A stretch of DNA of 63,863 bases, the filler included, from Octopus bimaculoides (taxonomy: Eukaryota): assembly GCF_001194135.2 (NCBI RefSeq). It is 4 parts of 3 records of this genome, joined end to end, with 100 filler letters (N's around TTAATTAATTAA, not from the genome) between each part and the next. Parts side by side here need not be neighbours in the genome. Positions count along the whole stretch, not along the records: positions 1 to 24,624 come from NC_068984.1; 3 more parts are not named here. The stretch is one strand, 5' to 3'. Shown piece by piece: positions 1-12,422 of the stretch. Every line of letters starts with the position of its first letter. Position 1 is the first letter of the stretch. The position numbers and the translations under genes are program-made. The notes beneath the pieces were generated by a model. That model was not told the origin of the DNA and did no database searches. It saw nothing but the letters and a program-made list of their open reading frames with translations.

Positions 1-6
1 ATATAC

Positions 7-55
<49 letters not shown>
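1..55. repeat. (GATA)n microsatellite
   Basis: Tandem agat units read directly. Confidence 0.95.
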
Positions 56-56
<1 letters not shown>

Positions 57-130
57 GATCTAGTTTTTTTTCATTCGAAAAACATGCATTTTTTAAAAGG
101 AAGTGGTGTAAACTTTAAGGTTGTACCCTG
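56..130 (-). mobile_element. Fragment of a Chapaev3-type 5' non-coding region
   Basis: 110-127 is the exact reverse complement of 5527-5544. 56-104 resembles the reverse complement of about 5705-5752 of the Chapaev3 element. Confidence 0.7.
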
Positions 131-531
131 TGGAATTTAGAGTCTAGCATCTGACCTGTTCAGTGTAGGTTTCTAAATAAACAGAAATACCTAATAAAAT
201 TAACATGAATCATCTTACTGTTTCTTTTGTCTCTTCATTGATTGTATGATTTTATTATTTTTTAAATTTGTTATATTGATATATATGCCTGCGTGTTTCA
301 GTATTATGTATACCTGTCATGTATTTGTGTACATCGGTAATATATAAGTGCATGTGGATGTATGTACTTATATATAAGTTTATATGTACATTTATGCATG
401 TATATTTATGATTGTGCGCGTGTGTTTGTGTGTGTGTGCGCGCGCATGTGTGAAAAGGGGGCGTCTGTCTCCAAAACTCCGAAGTTGAGTAACGTATTCA
501 TGCTTGGATTTGCAAACTACGATAATAATAA

Positions 532-790
532 CACTGGTTAAAAAGGAATTTGCCCCGAGGAAAAGAATACCTGTATCTCATGTTTTTGCATGCAGAATTC
601 CAAAATAATGTCAAATTATCTGTATCACCCACCGTTTCTTTGTTCCGCGATATCCCTCTCAGTTCCTGGGCTAAATTTCAGTTAAGCTGTTGAAATGTGA
701 AGCTAAAGGTTTAAGAAATACTCCTAATTAAAATTTTTATGAACAGAGTTAACCTAGTGAAATCATAAATCCAGCTATCTGAATCAATGA
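532..790 (+). mobile_element. Probable CACTG-terminal (Chapaev/CMC-like) transposon left end, cut by an N gap
   Basis: Starts CACTGGTTAAAAA after a TAA-rich site. The subterminal gcatgcagaattccaaaataatgtcaaa resembles CMC-type subterminal motifs. Confidence 0.4.
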
Positions 791-1355
791 NNNNNNNNNN
801 NNNNNNNNNNNNNNNNNNNNNNNNNNNNNNNNNNNNNNNNNNNNNNNNNNNNNNNNNNNNNNNNNNNNNNNNNNNNNNNNNNNNNNNNNNNNNNNNNNNN
901 NNNNNNNNNNNNNNNNNNNNNNNNNNNNNNNNNNNNNNNNNNNNNNNNNNNNNNNNNNNNNNNNNNNNNNNNNNNNNNNNNNNNNNNNNNNNNNNNNNNN
1001 NNNNNNNNNNNNNNNNNNNNNNNNNNNNNNNNNNNNNNNNNNNNNNNNNNNNNNNNNNNNNNNNNNNNNNNNNNNNNNNNNNNNNNNNNNNNNNNNNNNN
1101 NNNNNNNNNNNNNNNNNNNNNNNNNNNNNNNNNNNNNNNNNNNNNNNNNNNNNNNNNNNNNNNNNNNNNNNNNNNNNNNNNNNNNNNNNNNNNNNNNNNN
1201 NNNNNNNNNNNNNNNNNNNNNNNNNNNNNNNNNNNNNNNNNNNNNNNNNNNNNNNNNNNNNNNNNNNNNNNNNNNNNNNNNNNNNNNNNNNNNNNNNNNN
1301 NNNNNNNNNNNNNNNNNNNNNNNNNNNNNNNNNNNNNNNNNNNNNNNNNNNNNNN

Positions 1356-1530
1356 AAAAATATGTAATATACTATAACACACAGAAAAATTACCCAAATT
1401 TCCCTACTTGAATTCCAAATAAGATCAGATTCTTTAATTTACGAGATAAAGTTGATCGTAATCAAAATTCAGAGTGGCATCGGGACACCAACATTGAAAG
1501 CAATCTGAGCAAATTTAAGCGGGTGGGGGG
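1356..1530 (-). mobile_element. Chapaev3-related 5' UTR fragment
   Basis: 1451-1482 is the exact 32-nt reverse complement of 5239-5270, and the flanks align with about 5190-5465. Confidence 0.8.
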
Positions 1531-1559
1531 GCTCATTTTGCGAATGTGTGTGTGTGTGT

Positions 1560-1772
1560 GTGTGTGTCTGTATTCGTCCCCCAACCATCACTTGACAACC
1601 GACGTTGGTGTGTTTACGTCCCGTCCCTGTAACTTAGCGGTTTGGCAAAAGAGACAGAATAAGTACTAGGCTTACAAAGAATAAGTTCTGGGGTCGATTT
1701 GTTCGACTAAAGGCGGTGCTCTATTATGGCCGCAGTCAAAGGACTGAAACAGATAAAAGATTAAAAGAATAA
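1560..1772 (+). mobile_element. Octopus-type SINE family A (OR-like), 3' half
   Basis: Shares the gacaaccg..gtgtttacgtcccgtaacttagcgg..ggggtcgatttgttcgactaaaggcggtgctc..ctgaaac body with copies at 30340, 43940 and 53830. Confidence 0.85.
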
Positions 1773-1869
1773 TTAAGAACTAAATAATCATCGTCCGAAA
1801 TCACTATATATACAGTGGCGGACTGAGCCTAAAAATATTGGTTGCTAGGAGACAACAATGCTATCATTT

Positions 1870-1903
<34 letters not shown>

Positions 1904-3659
1904 TTAAACTGCCTACAAACACAGCCAAGTTGAAATAATTAATGCATATATATTATATATATATTTGAAAGTCTATGAGAATAATCCAGTTTGAAGCGTA
2001 CAGTTTAAAAAATATTTTCAAAAAATGTTACGAAATCTTTTATCAAAATGTTTTATCAGAATGTACTAACCATTTTTGGGAAGATGTTTTTTTTTTTCAT
2101 CAAGCGTATGAGTACTTTCGTTTAACCGTTTCATAAACACACACACACACACTCACTCACTCTCTCTCTCTCCCACAAGTGTCAATCCATTATGGTCATT
2201 TCTAAAGACGCCTTTTTATATCGTTTCCAAGGAAACCGTTTTCTTCACATGGATACTTCACAATGAAGGACTTACCTAATAATTCAACATAGTTTTAAAA
2301 CTTTTTAAATACGGGAGCCATTTCCAACATTCTGCTGCTATTTCAGTTGACAGAATGAATTTGAATGAACTAGGTGCACCAGCTTTAGTATCTTATTTAA
2401 CTATATCTTAGAGACACACACGCACGCATATATATATATATATATATAAACAAATAGTAAATGAGTATATGCATATATACGTACAGGTATGTGCATACCG
2501 ACATCCACCTGTATATATAGGTGCATATCTGGGTACAGGACATTGCAAACAAACGTAGACGAGAACACACGAGCCACATAGAGAACATTCTACTTCATCA
2601 GCTACCCACGTTTTAACACCGGCGTTGTGTGTGTGTGTGCATGCATATATATATATATANNNNNNNNNNNNNNNNNNNNNNNNNNNNNNNNNNNNNNNNN
2701 NNNNNNNNNNNNNNNNNNNNNNNNNNNNNNNNNNNNNNNNNNNNNNNNNNNNNNNNNNNNNNNNNNNNNNNNNNNNNNNNNNNNNNNNNNNNNNNNNNNN
2801 NNNNNNNNNNNNNNNNNNNNNNNNNNNNNNNNNNNNNNNNNNNNNNNNNNNNNNNNNNNNNNNNNNNNNNNNNNNNNNNNNNNNNNNNNNNNNNNNNNNN
2901 NNNNNNNNNNNNNNNNNNNNNNNNNNNNNNNNNNNNNNNNNNNNNNNNNNNNNNNNNNNNNNNNNNNNNNNNNNNNNNNNNNNNNNNNNNNNNNNNNNNN
3001 NNNNNNNNNNNNNNNNNNNNNNNNNNNNNNNNNNNNNNNNNNNNNNNNNNNNNNNNNNNNNNNNNNNNNNNNNNNNNNNNNNNNNNNNNNNNNNNNNNNN
3101 NNNNNNNNNNNNNNNNNNNNNNNNNNNNNNNNNNNNNNNNNNNNNNNNNNNNNNNNNNNNNNNNNNNNNNNNNNNNNNNNNNNNNNNNNNNNNNNNNNNN
3201 NNNNNNNNNNNNNNNNNNNNNNNNNNNNNNNNNNNNNNNNNNNNNNNNNNNNNNNNNNNNNNNNNNNNNNNNNNNNNNNNNNNNNNNNNNNNNNNNNNNN
3301 NNNNNNNNNNNNNNNNNNNNNNNNNNNNNNNNNNNNNNNNNNNNNNNNNNNNNNNNNNNNNNNNNNNNNNNNNNNNNNNNNNNNNNNNNNNNNNNNNNNN
3401 NNNNNNNNNNNNNNNNNNNNNNNNNNNNNNNNNNNNNNNNNNNNNNNNNNNNNNNNNNNNNNNNNNNNNNNNNNNNNNNNNNNNNNNNNNNNNNNNNNNN
3501 NNNNNNNNNNNNNNNNNNNNNNNNNNNNNNNNNNNNNNNNNNNNNNNNNNNNNNNNNNNNNNNNNNNNNNNNNNNNNNNNNNNNNNNNNNNNNNNNNNNN
3601 NNNNNNNNNNNNNNNNNNNNNNNNNNNNNNNNNNNNNNNNNNNNNNNNNNNNNNNNNNN

Positions 3660-3727
<68 letters not shown>

Positions 3728-4373
3728 GATAGATAGATAGATTTATGCATGTATATATATATTTATTTTCTCATTTCAGTCATTTCTAGATCGAGCTGAT
3801 TAGTTTCTCGGCCACTTGATTGAAGGACGGTAACATCCAACAATGATAGAAAGTAGCAAGGAGAATCAAGCGATTCTTCTTGTTGTATACAAAAAATAAC
3901 GGGGAAGAGAATGAAGTTGAGATAATTTTAGAATTTATCGCGTGAAAAATGATAAAAATAGAAAGAAAAATTGGCCAGAATATACAAAATACGGAATCTA
4001 ATAAAATAACAGGACATATGATCTCTATTATTATTATCATTATTCAAAGATACATTTTAAAAACTTTTCAAAACTTTAAAGTTCTGACTTACTTTTATAT
4101 CCAATTTTCGCGTTAAAGTAACTAAAGTAGTGGGAATGGAAAACCAGTAAATGACATGTATGTTGTTTGAAGTAGCTGTTTATATTAACCCATCTTGGAA
4201 TAAATGATCCCGTTACTTTGCATCTGTTTTACTTGATTCTTGATGTGAAAATGTATATTAGAACGATTATTGTATCATGTACAGGCCATTTTACCAATAA
4301 AAATTAATTATCCATAGTATATATATATATATAATAATTTTTCCAGAGGATGTATATATATATATAAACCATG

Positions 4374-4375
<2 letters not shown>

Positions 4376-4408
<33 letters not shown>

Positions 4409-4415
4409 TGTGTGT

Positions 4416-4476
<61 letters not shown>
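4376..4476. repeat. (GT)n microsatellite
   Basis: Read directly. Confidence 0.95.
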
Positions 4477-4479
<3 letters not shown>

Positions 4480-4697
4480 AACCAGCAGTTTAATGTTTTT
4501 ACGGAATACTTTGTATGTTTGAGTGTTCATAAATATATTCGTTATTTCTATGTAACAGTGTATAAATTTTGCCAAAAATTAATCATTTTCGGGCTACATC
4601 CAATTCTAAAGAAGAACAAACTGAATGTTGTCACTAACCAAATCAGAATGAGACCAGACTAAACGGGGATAGTGAATTTTCACCAGTCGATTCGTAC

Positions 4698-4812
<115 letters not shown>

Positions 4813-4920
4813 CCCTTACGTTTTGAGGTCGACTTTTCTATTCCAATTGACTAACAATCGACTCGCCTCTTCCCCCAAATTTCTAGCCTTGGACCTATAG
4901 CAGAAAGAAATTAATAATAT

Positions 4921-7825
4921 CACTGGACAACAAAGATTTTGCTACTGAAGTAAAAGTAGGACTAAATCGAGGATGCTGATTCCGAGCACGTCAGGATTTT
5001 GAGTTATGCGCAGGCGCAAGATTATTACTATACTTTCGGCTAGATATAGGCCGTGTTTTAAAATTTGTTAAAATCAAAGCTGTCTTCATTCAAAATCAAA
5101 GAAATAACATCAATAAAACAAACGATGAGAAAGTTTATTATTAAGTTTAGCAATAGATGGGGATATAGTCTTTCTCATTCGCAAAATGACCCCCACACCG
5201 CCTTAAATTTGCTCGGATTGCTTTCAATTTTGGTGTATCGATGCCACTCTGAATTTTGATTACGATCAACCAATTTCTTTATCTCGTAACTTAAAGAATC
5301 TGATGTTATTTGGAATTAAAATTGGGAAATTTGGCTAATTTTAGTCAATCAACAGACAGCGTGACAGTGGTTCACTGTTGTCTGTGTCGCTGTTATCTAT
5401 ATTGATTCTTTTCACTCACGTGTTTTGTTTGAATTTTTCTGTGTGTTAGAATAATACATATTTTTCTGTGCTTCTGTGTGTTAGTATTTTTACATGTTTT
5501 TCATTTCATATATTTTGGGGTCTTACGGTACAACCTTAAAGTTTGCACCGCTCCGCTAAACGCAGAAAATTTCTGTCTCGCTACTGGTTAAAAATACAGT
5601 TTTTTCGATTTTTAAACCTCTGTAACTTTTTTCTCCACAACATCGTACCTTCAAAGCAATGAAACTGGAAAGCTACATTATTATAGCCGATTTTCAAATT
5701 ATTTACTTCCTTTCATAAAATGCATATTTTGCAAATGAAAACAACTAGATCCGTAGATGGCGCTGACGTATTGTGTTCAATGCCAAATACATCAGTTAGT
5801 TCTTGGTAATTCTCAGTGTCATTTGTGCTGCTGTCACGTGTGGTATGTGTATCTCTTACCCTGCGTGATTACTGTTTTAACTGTATTCATTGTGTTAGAT
5901 CATGAACAGGAAAGGCTGTGTGAATTACCCAGACAACTTTTGTTATGTCTGTGGAAAATTTGCTCCGCGGAGGAACATTACCACCAAATTAAAAATTGCC
6001 TATAAATATTATTTCGGGTGTAAAAGTTGGGGACCAAGACAAGAGGTGCGTACCTCGGCTGAATGGAAAACGGAAGGGAATGCCTTTTGCTGTACCAATA
6101 GTATGGCGTGAGTCAACCAACCATGTCTTTGATTGTTAATAACTAATATTAGTGGTTTCTCAGAAAAGACCAAAGCAAAAATTGTGTATGCAGATTGTAA
6201 GTCGGCTCTAAAACCGGTCCCACATGACTTCGAAGACCCTGTCCCAATTCCCCTCTCCCATACTTCACTTGAAAATCTTGAAAGTCGCACGATGAACCCC
6301 CTGACTCTCCTATCAACGAAAAGTAGGTAGGTGATTCTAAAAAAAAAAAAAATGAGCCAGCCAGGCTAGTTTAATCAAGAAGATTTGAACGATTTAGTAA
6401 GAAACCTATCATTGTCAAAGGAGAAAACAGAAGTTTTGGCATCCAAACTACAACAACAGAATCTCCAACAGCAAGATAAGAAAATTTCCATTTTCCGTTT
6501 TCGCCATAAAGGATTATCTATCTTTTACAAGCAAGAAAATAATGTTTGTTTCTGTACTGACGTTAATGCACTCATGCAAAAACTAGGATACGTGTTGTGA
6601 CTAACGAATGGAGGTTGTTTATAGACTCGAATAAGGTTAGCCTCAAAGCTGTGTTGTCACATAATGTTAATGAAAAACCTTCCATTCCTGTTTGTCATGT
6701 TGTCAGTATGGAAGAAATTTATGAATCGATGGAACTCTTTCTGAAAGGAGTTAATTACTCAGTTCATAAGTGAAATATTTGTGGTGATTTAAAGGTGATT
6801 TAGCACCTCCTAAGACTGCAGCTGGGATATACCAAAAATATATGCTTCTTGTGTGTTTGGAACAGCCGCGACGACAGCAATCGTTATACAGTAAAAGACT
6901 GGCCTAAAAGATGAGCGCATAGTTGGTCAGTACAATGTGCAGCATATGCCACTGGTAAAAGATTTTCCTTCCACCCCTTCACATCAACTCGGCCTCATGA
7001 AAGACTTTGTAAAAGCAATGACACACGATAGTTGTGGCTTCCAATACCTAAAAATAAAATTTGGTGCAAAGAAAAGTGACGCAAAACTGAAAGCAGGCAT
7101 TTTCATTGGACCCGAGATCAGAGAATTGATATCTGATAGCAATTTAGAGGTAAACTGAATCCAGTTGAGCATAAGGTACATTCGTGGTAGTTATACAGAA
7201 CTTTCTTGGAAATCATTGAGTTAAAAAGTACGCTGATTTAATAAACAACATGCTAACAGCGTATGAATGAATGGGATGCCGAATGTCCCTTAAAATGCAC
7301 TTCTTGCATTCTCATCTCGATTTTTTTCCAACGAATCTTGGTGCCGTTAGTGATGAGCATGGTGAGAGGTTCCACCAGGACATATCTGAGATGGTAACGA
7401 GGTATCAAGGCCGGTTCATTCCACACATGATTGGTGACTACTGCTGGTTCCTACAACGGGAGACCAGCACGATGCATAAGCGCAAGAGCAAGCGTCCCAA
7501 ACATTTCTGAGCTGAGCATATCAAAAATAAAGTGAGTATTCCATTAACGTAAATATCCTATGCATCATTATATTACAATACTATTTGCCTTGAACATAAA
7601 ATTTAGTATATACAGTACTAATATACTATTATAATAAATATTTACCTTGAACTTAACTATTCCTGATTCTAATATAGTATTAATATATAATTATGCGCAT
7701 AACTCAAAATCTTGACGTGCTACAGCAATTCTGAGTTCAGATTCGGAATCAGCGTACTCGATTTTGTTTAGTACAGCACCATTTGTCTGGGTAGCAGACA
7801 ATTAATCTTTTTTTGTTGCCCATTC
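4921..7825 (+). mobile_element. Chapaev3 (CMC superfamily) DNA transposon, near full length, inactive
   Basis: Left end CACTGGACAACAAA; right end ttttgttgcccattc. Subterminal inverted repeats 4986-5012/7694-7720 (27 bp, 1 mismatch) and 4964-4985/7743-7764. Encodes Chapaev3-type transposase motifs. Confidence 0.85.
5902..7510 (+). pseudogene. Chapaev3 transposase with frameshifts and stops
   Basis: N-terminal CVNYPDNFCYVCGKF and WRES.NH..DC; central EWRLFIDS..SLKAVL and ICGDLKVI..LQLGYTK..CFLC.WNSR; C-terminal HFLHSHLDFFPTNLGAVSDEHGERFHQDI..RYQG..DYCW. These fall in different frames. Confidence 0.88.
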
Positions 7826-7929
7826 GACAATTTTTAAATCTTATGAATATTTAAAGTATGTTATGAATACGCTGATAACCTACTTATGAAATAACAAATT
7901 TTCTTTTTATCACGTTCTGCGACTGGGGT

Positions 7930-8250
7930 GGGGAGGCAGATCGATAGAATCCAGTCGCCGTATTCCCTACACGGCGTAAGAGGCAACTGAAAGGGGAGCG
8001 AAGGGACTAGGAATCCACTCCCCCTAGAAATTTGATATTCCTAAATAGACAGCAAGAAAAAGACAAGGTGGTGGGAAAAGGTTAACAACAAATCTCACCC
8101 TAGTACTTGGGTCATGGAATGTGTGTGGGTGTAGTATAGGTGAGGTAAAGAGGAGAGAGATAGGGAGTGTGATGATGACGAGAAAGATGGATGTGCTGGC
8201 ACAGAGTGAGACTAAGATGAAAGGTAAGGTAGAGTACTAGTTTGGCTTCT
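7930..8250 (+). mobile_element. RTE-clade LINE 5' end (5' UTR plus start of APE endonuclease)
   Basis: 8100-8250 translates LVLGSWNVCGC...MDVLAQSETKMKGKVEY*FG, matching APE motifs I and II. The 5' UTR contains the RTE-type cgtaagaggcaactgaaagggg motif. Confidence 0.75.
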
Positions 8251-8274
8251 TTTGGAGCAGGTGAGGAGAGGTGT

Positions 8275-8889
8275 TTCCACTACATCGATTGTCTGTCTCT
8301 GGCTCAAAGTGATGAAACTAACATTTGTCCTGAGTTAGGAAATATTCAAGGAAATCAGCAGACAATGCAGATTTTCTCATGATGTGATCAACCTGGTGCG
8401 CTTTTCATCAGGTGTCAGAAGACATGGCACCCATCAAGCAGAAACGTTCGTTAGCCAAGTTCATTGTGCAGAATGAACACTCTCACGGGATATGTTAATA
8501 GCATTGGCTATTTGATTTATAGTGAATCGCCTGTCATCCGTCATCACGTGGTGAACACGATCAATGTTTTCCTCGGTGGTGGCAGTTGCAGGATATCCAG
8601 ATCTTGGGTCATCTTCAAGACTCTCCCTTCTCCTCCTAAATTCAGCTGCCCACTTTTACACTGCTAGGAAAGCTGGAGCGTTATCCTCTAATATAGCAAC
8701 TATGTCTGCATGAATGACCTTAGGGGATAATTACATTTGAAGTCTTCTCTGAATAGTCAGATGTCAATTTACCTGGAAAGAAACAATGCAGTTATTAATA
8801 GGAATAATTGAAATTAACGCATGCAAGGTTTTGCAGCTCTAGCATCCCTCCTTCATAGTCAGCCTATGAAACTTTTCAGCCCATCTTCG
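8275..8889 (-). mobile_element. mariner transposon 5' portion, degenerate
   Basis: Minus strand: TA+CGAAGATGGGCTGAAAAG TIR-like end at 8889. Translation includes KWAAEFRRRRESLEDDPRSG.P, DDRRFTINQIA, LLTPDEK and FHHFEPET. Confidence 0.85.
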
Positions 8890-9684
8890 TATTGACTTGC
8901 CTTTTCTTCGTGGTGCACCCCTGGGTGGAAAGGTGATAAGTGTACTTGGGATTATGTACTTGCTTCTGAAAACAGCCCAGGCACAGCAGAGGGGATTAAG
9001 TTATGGTCTGCAACATCGTCGACCAATGACGAAATATTCCAACCACACCCTTATTTTACACACAAACATTAGAATGAAAAAATAAAAGGGGTGGGGAAAT
9101 GAAGTAGAAGACAGTACTATTTGATTAGAGTTCGTAGCAAGATCTAGGTCATATGAAGTGGGTAGGACAAGGTAGGGGTGGAAGTGCTGGTGAGATTCGA
9201 AGAAAAATATGTATCTGATTTTAGTTTTTAAACATGTTAATATTTACCAGAGTTTTCGAAAGAGCGGAATTGCAAACAGTATCCCGAAATTAGTTGTCAT
9301 ACTTTACAATTCCCATAAGAAAAGGATTCCGTAATACAAGTTTCTGTAACGCGGCAATGTCTCTAATTCGAACAATGCAAAAATATAGACGGTTAATTAC
9401 CTTGAGACTGGCCTTGAATTTGACTTTCCTTAGATAACTGCAGATAAGTAAATATGTTTGTAAAATTTCCTTCAGTATCAAACTGGATTATATTTTCTAT
9501 TTAATTTTCAGTCTCATATACATTTATTCAGCAAATGTGTACATAACGTGTCATTGTTTAACAAACCTAGATTTGAACCTACTCATTAATTCTTTTACTT
9601 ACTGTACTATGAGAGCAAGGTGACACTGCAATGCTCAATAGCGATTAGCAGAACAATACCAGGCGTTTCATTTCCAACAAACCA

Positions 9685-9842
9685 TTGCGTCTTTTAAACA
9701 ATGCACCAAGCTACTAAGTGTATTTAAAATGAATTTTCTGATAATATAATGTGGGAATGTATCAAAAACACAACTTCTTTGCTCCAACCAGTAGATCAAG
9801 GTGTGATAGCTAACTGCAAGGCGTATTATTGAAGAAGAACTT
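9685..9842 (+). mobile_element. pogo/Tigger transposase fragment
   Basis: LRLLNNAPSY and NTTSLLQPVDQGVIANCKAYY*RRT match the Tigger DDE-domain motif QPMDQGVI. Confidence 0.8.
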
Positions 9843-9894
9843 GAAAATCAACTCATAAAAGTAACTGAAAATAAGATATTTAGGACAAATCATT

Positions 9895-11800
9895 GACAGA
9901 AATGGACGTCGACCAGACCCGTCGAGGGCAGACACAATTAAAAATTTGTCCACTCCGACTACTATAGCGACCTTACAAGCATTTTTAGGATTGGTAAATT
10001 ATTATCAAAATTATATTCCAAATATGCATAAGGTGAGAGTTCCGCTGAATAACTTGCTGGAAAAAGATATGAATTGGAATTAGTCGGAAAATTGTCAAAA
10101 TGCGTTTGACGACATAAAAAAAAATACTAATATCTGATTTGTCGATAGCACACTTAAGTCTTACAGCAGAGATTGTTGTAGCTTCAGACGCTTCTGAGTA
10201 CGATATAGGAGTAGCAATGCTACATAAATATAAAGATGGTAACATGAAGGCGGTGGTTCATGCTTCACGTTCTCACATATCAGCAGAGAAAAATTATAGT
10301 CAAATCGAAATAGAAGCTCTAGCGATTATTTTTGCAGTGAAAATATTTCACAGATTTTTACACGGTAGAAGTTTTCATCTACAGACTGATCATCGTCCGT
10401 TATTGTCAATATTTGGGTCGATAAAAGGAATCTCTACCCATACTGCTAATAGGTTGAAACGCTGGGGGTACAATATTAATAAACTATGATTTCAAGATGG
10501 AGTATATGTACCATCCAAGAAATTAGGTCATATTGATTGTCTATCAAGACCGATTTCTAAAAATGTAGAACCATTAGAAGATTCTGTGATTATTGCTTTG
10601 CGAAGAGAAAAGGAAATTAAAAGTGTTTTGTGTAATGTCATTCGTGAACTGCCAGTTACTATACAAAACATAAAATGAAAATCGGAAAACGATAAATTCA
10701 TTTTTAAAAAAATAAAAGAAATACTGAAGACTAAAAGAGATAAAAATATACGCGACACAAATGCGAACCATTTCTCAGTGTGTGACAATGTGTTGATGTA
10801 TGCACTAAGAGTTGTAGTGCCAGCCGTACTACAAAAGTGATTATTAAAGAAATTTCATAGTGGTCATTCAAGGATTTCGAGAATGAAATCGTTAATAAGT
10901 TATGTATACTAGCCAACAATGGACCGTGACATGGAAGAATCAGTGACAGCATGCAGAGAGTGTGCCTTAGCTGCAAAAGCGCCTACCACTAAATGGCAAC
11001 CTTGGCCCAAAACAGATGTTCCATGGGCCAGACTGCATGTTGATTACGCAGGCTCACTTAAGGGTGCATATTACCTTGTGGTTGACAGTTTTTCAAAGTG
11101 GTCGGAAGTGCATGAGTGTAAAAAGCCAACATTTGCAGTTACAATAAGCTTTTTACACGAATTGTTCGCCAGGTGTCGTATTCCTGATACCATTGTGTCT
11201 GATAATGGAACTCAATTTACGTCAGACGAGTTCGAACATGTCACCACTCCACCCTATCATCCTACGTGAACTGGACAAGCGTAGTATTTTGTGGACACTT
11301 TCAAGGGGGCGTTGAAAAAGGTGAACAACGAAGTGATGGACAATATTGCACTTCAACAATTTCTAAGAGTGTAATGAGTAAACAACTAATTCGAGTACAC
11401 CGTCCGAAATGTCACCTGCTAGATTGATGTTTGCTAGAAAGTACAGATCCGTCTTTGATAAGCTGATACCGAGTGAAAATTAAAAAAGCGAACAACAAAA
11501 ATACTTCAAAATTTTTCAAGTTAAGTGACAAAGTTTGTTTTAAAACCTATAGATATGCTAATGAAAACTGGGAAGACGGTGTAATCATAAAACAAATTGG
11601 AAGAATATTATTCCTGGTAAAAGGAAATGTCGAACATAAAAGCCACATTAATCAACTTGGAAAAAGATTCACAGAAAAAACATTCACGAGAAATGAAATT
11701 CTCATGGAAGTATTTACGACACGTTTGAGGTACTATATCCCCAAAATTTGAAATTACATGTTCTAACACCAGGAAACAGAAAAGAACGGAAACAATGGAA
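9895..11800 (+). mobile_element. Gypsy (Mag/K02A2.6-like) pol remnant: RT C-terminus, RNase H, integrase
   Basis: LQAFLGLVNYY; ASDASEYDIG...KNYSQIEIEALAIIFAVKIFHRFLHGRSFHLQTDHRPL (RNase H); H..H..C..C zinc finger; PW.RLHVDYAG...VVDSFSKW...IVSDNGTQF (integrase). Multiple stops and frameshifts. Confidence 0.93.
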
Positions 11801-11933
11801 TTGAACCCTAAGCGTAAGAGAACGAGAGATATATTTTGGGAATAAATGATGGATTTTTCCTTTTGAGGTTTTTTTCACGCTAGCTACTTGATAAATTTTT
11901 GTAAAAGAATTCATCCTATTATTGAATTTATAT

Positions 11934-12112
11934 ATATATTAGAAAAAATAAGGTACTCAGAGATCTGGATGGTTGTACATTTACAGATCTTTTATTAATA
12001 TGTCACATGTTTTTATAAATCATATGATTTATAAAAACATGTGACATATTAATAAAAATCTGTAAATGTACAATCATCTAGATCTCTGAGTACCGTATTT
12101 TTTCTAATATAT
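11934..12112. repeat. Near-perfect spacer-less palindrome of about 179 bp (foldback/MITE-like)
   Basis: Arms of 90 and 89 bp centred at 12023/12024, with 3 substitutions and 1 indel by manual alignment. Confidence 0.92.
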
Positions 12113-12422
12113 AATACCTGTACATCACCTCCAAACCTTCTAATATATATATATATATACACACACTTGTATAACGCTATTTCCGATTCGTGATAAGCAG
12201 AACGGACAGAACGTTTTGACCATTGTTGATTTGTCAAAGTCATTTATTCCCACAGTGGCCCTGAATGTTTTCTCACATCGAAATAAGGATTCAAGGAAAT
12301 ATATGTACTGTGCATTTCTGTCCGATAAGGCACACACACACACACACACGTGTGTGTGTGTGTGTGTATTTACTCTTCAAGTCTGTAAAGAACCGATGTG
12401 TATCAACTTCGGGATTACCAAA

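Noticed and set aside
2260-2400. Minus-strand exon ending at an AG/GTAAGT donor
   Set aside because: All three frames contain a stop before or at the donor.
711-3750. Long ORFs in the track (also near 13627, 19177, 35388, 46337, 48340, 51172 and 56085)
   Set aside because: They run through N gaps and dinucleotide repeats; no coding evidence.
8405-8416. GACACCTGATGAA on minus, identical to the SINE hammerhead 5' half
   Set aside because: It encodes the mariner LTPDEK motif, and no stem II or GAAAC-GUH follows.
12216-12330. IVDLSKSF, resembling the RT motif DLSKAFD
   Set aside because: An isolated partial match with no other RT motifs nearby.
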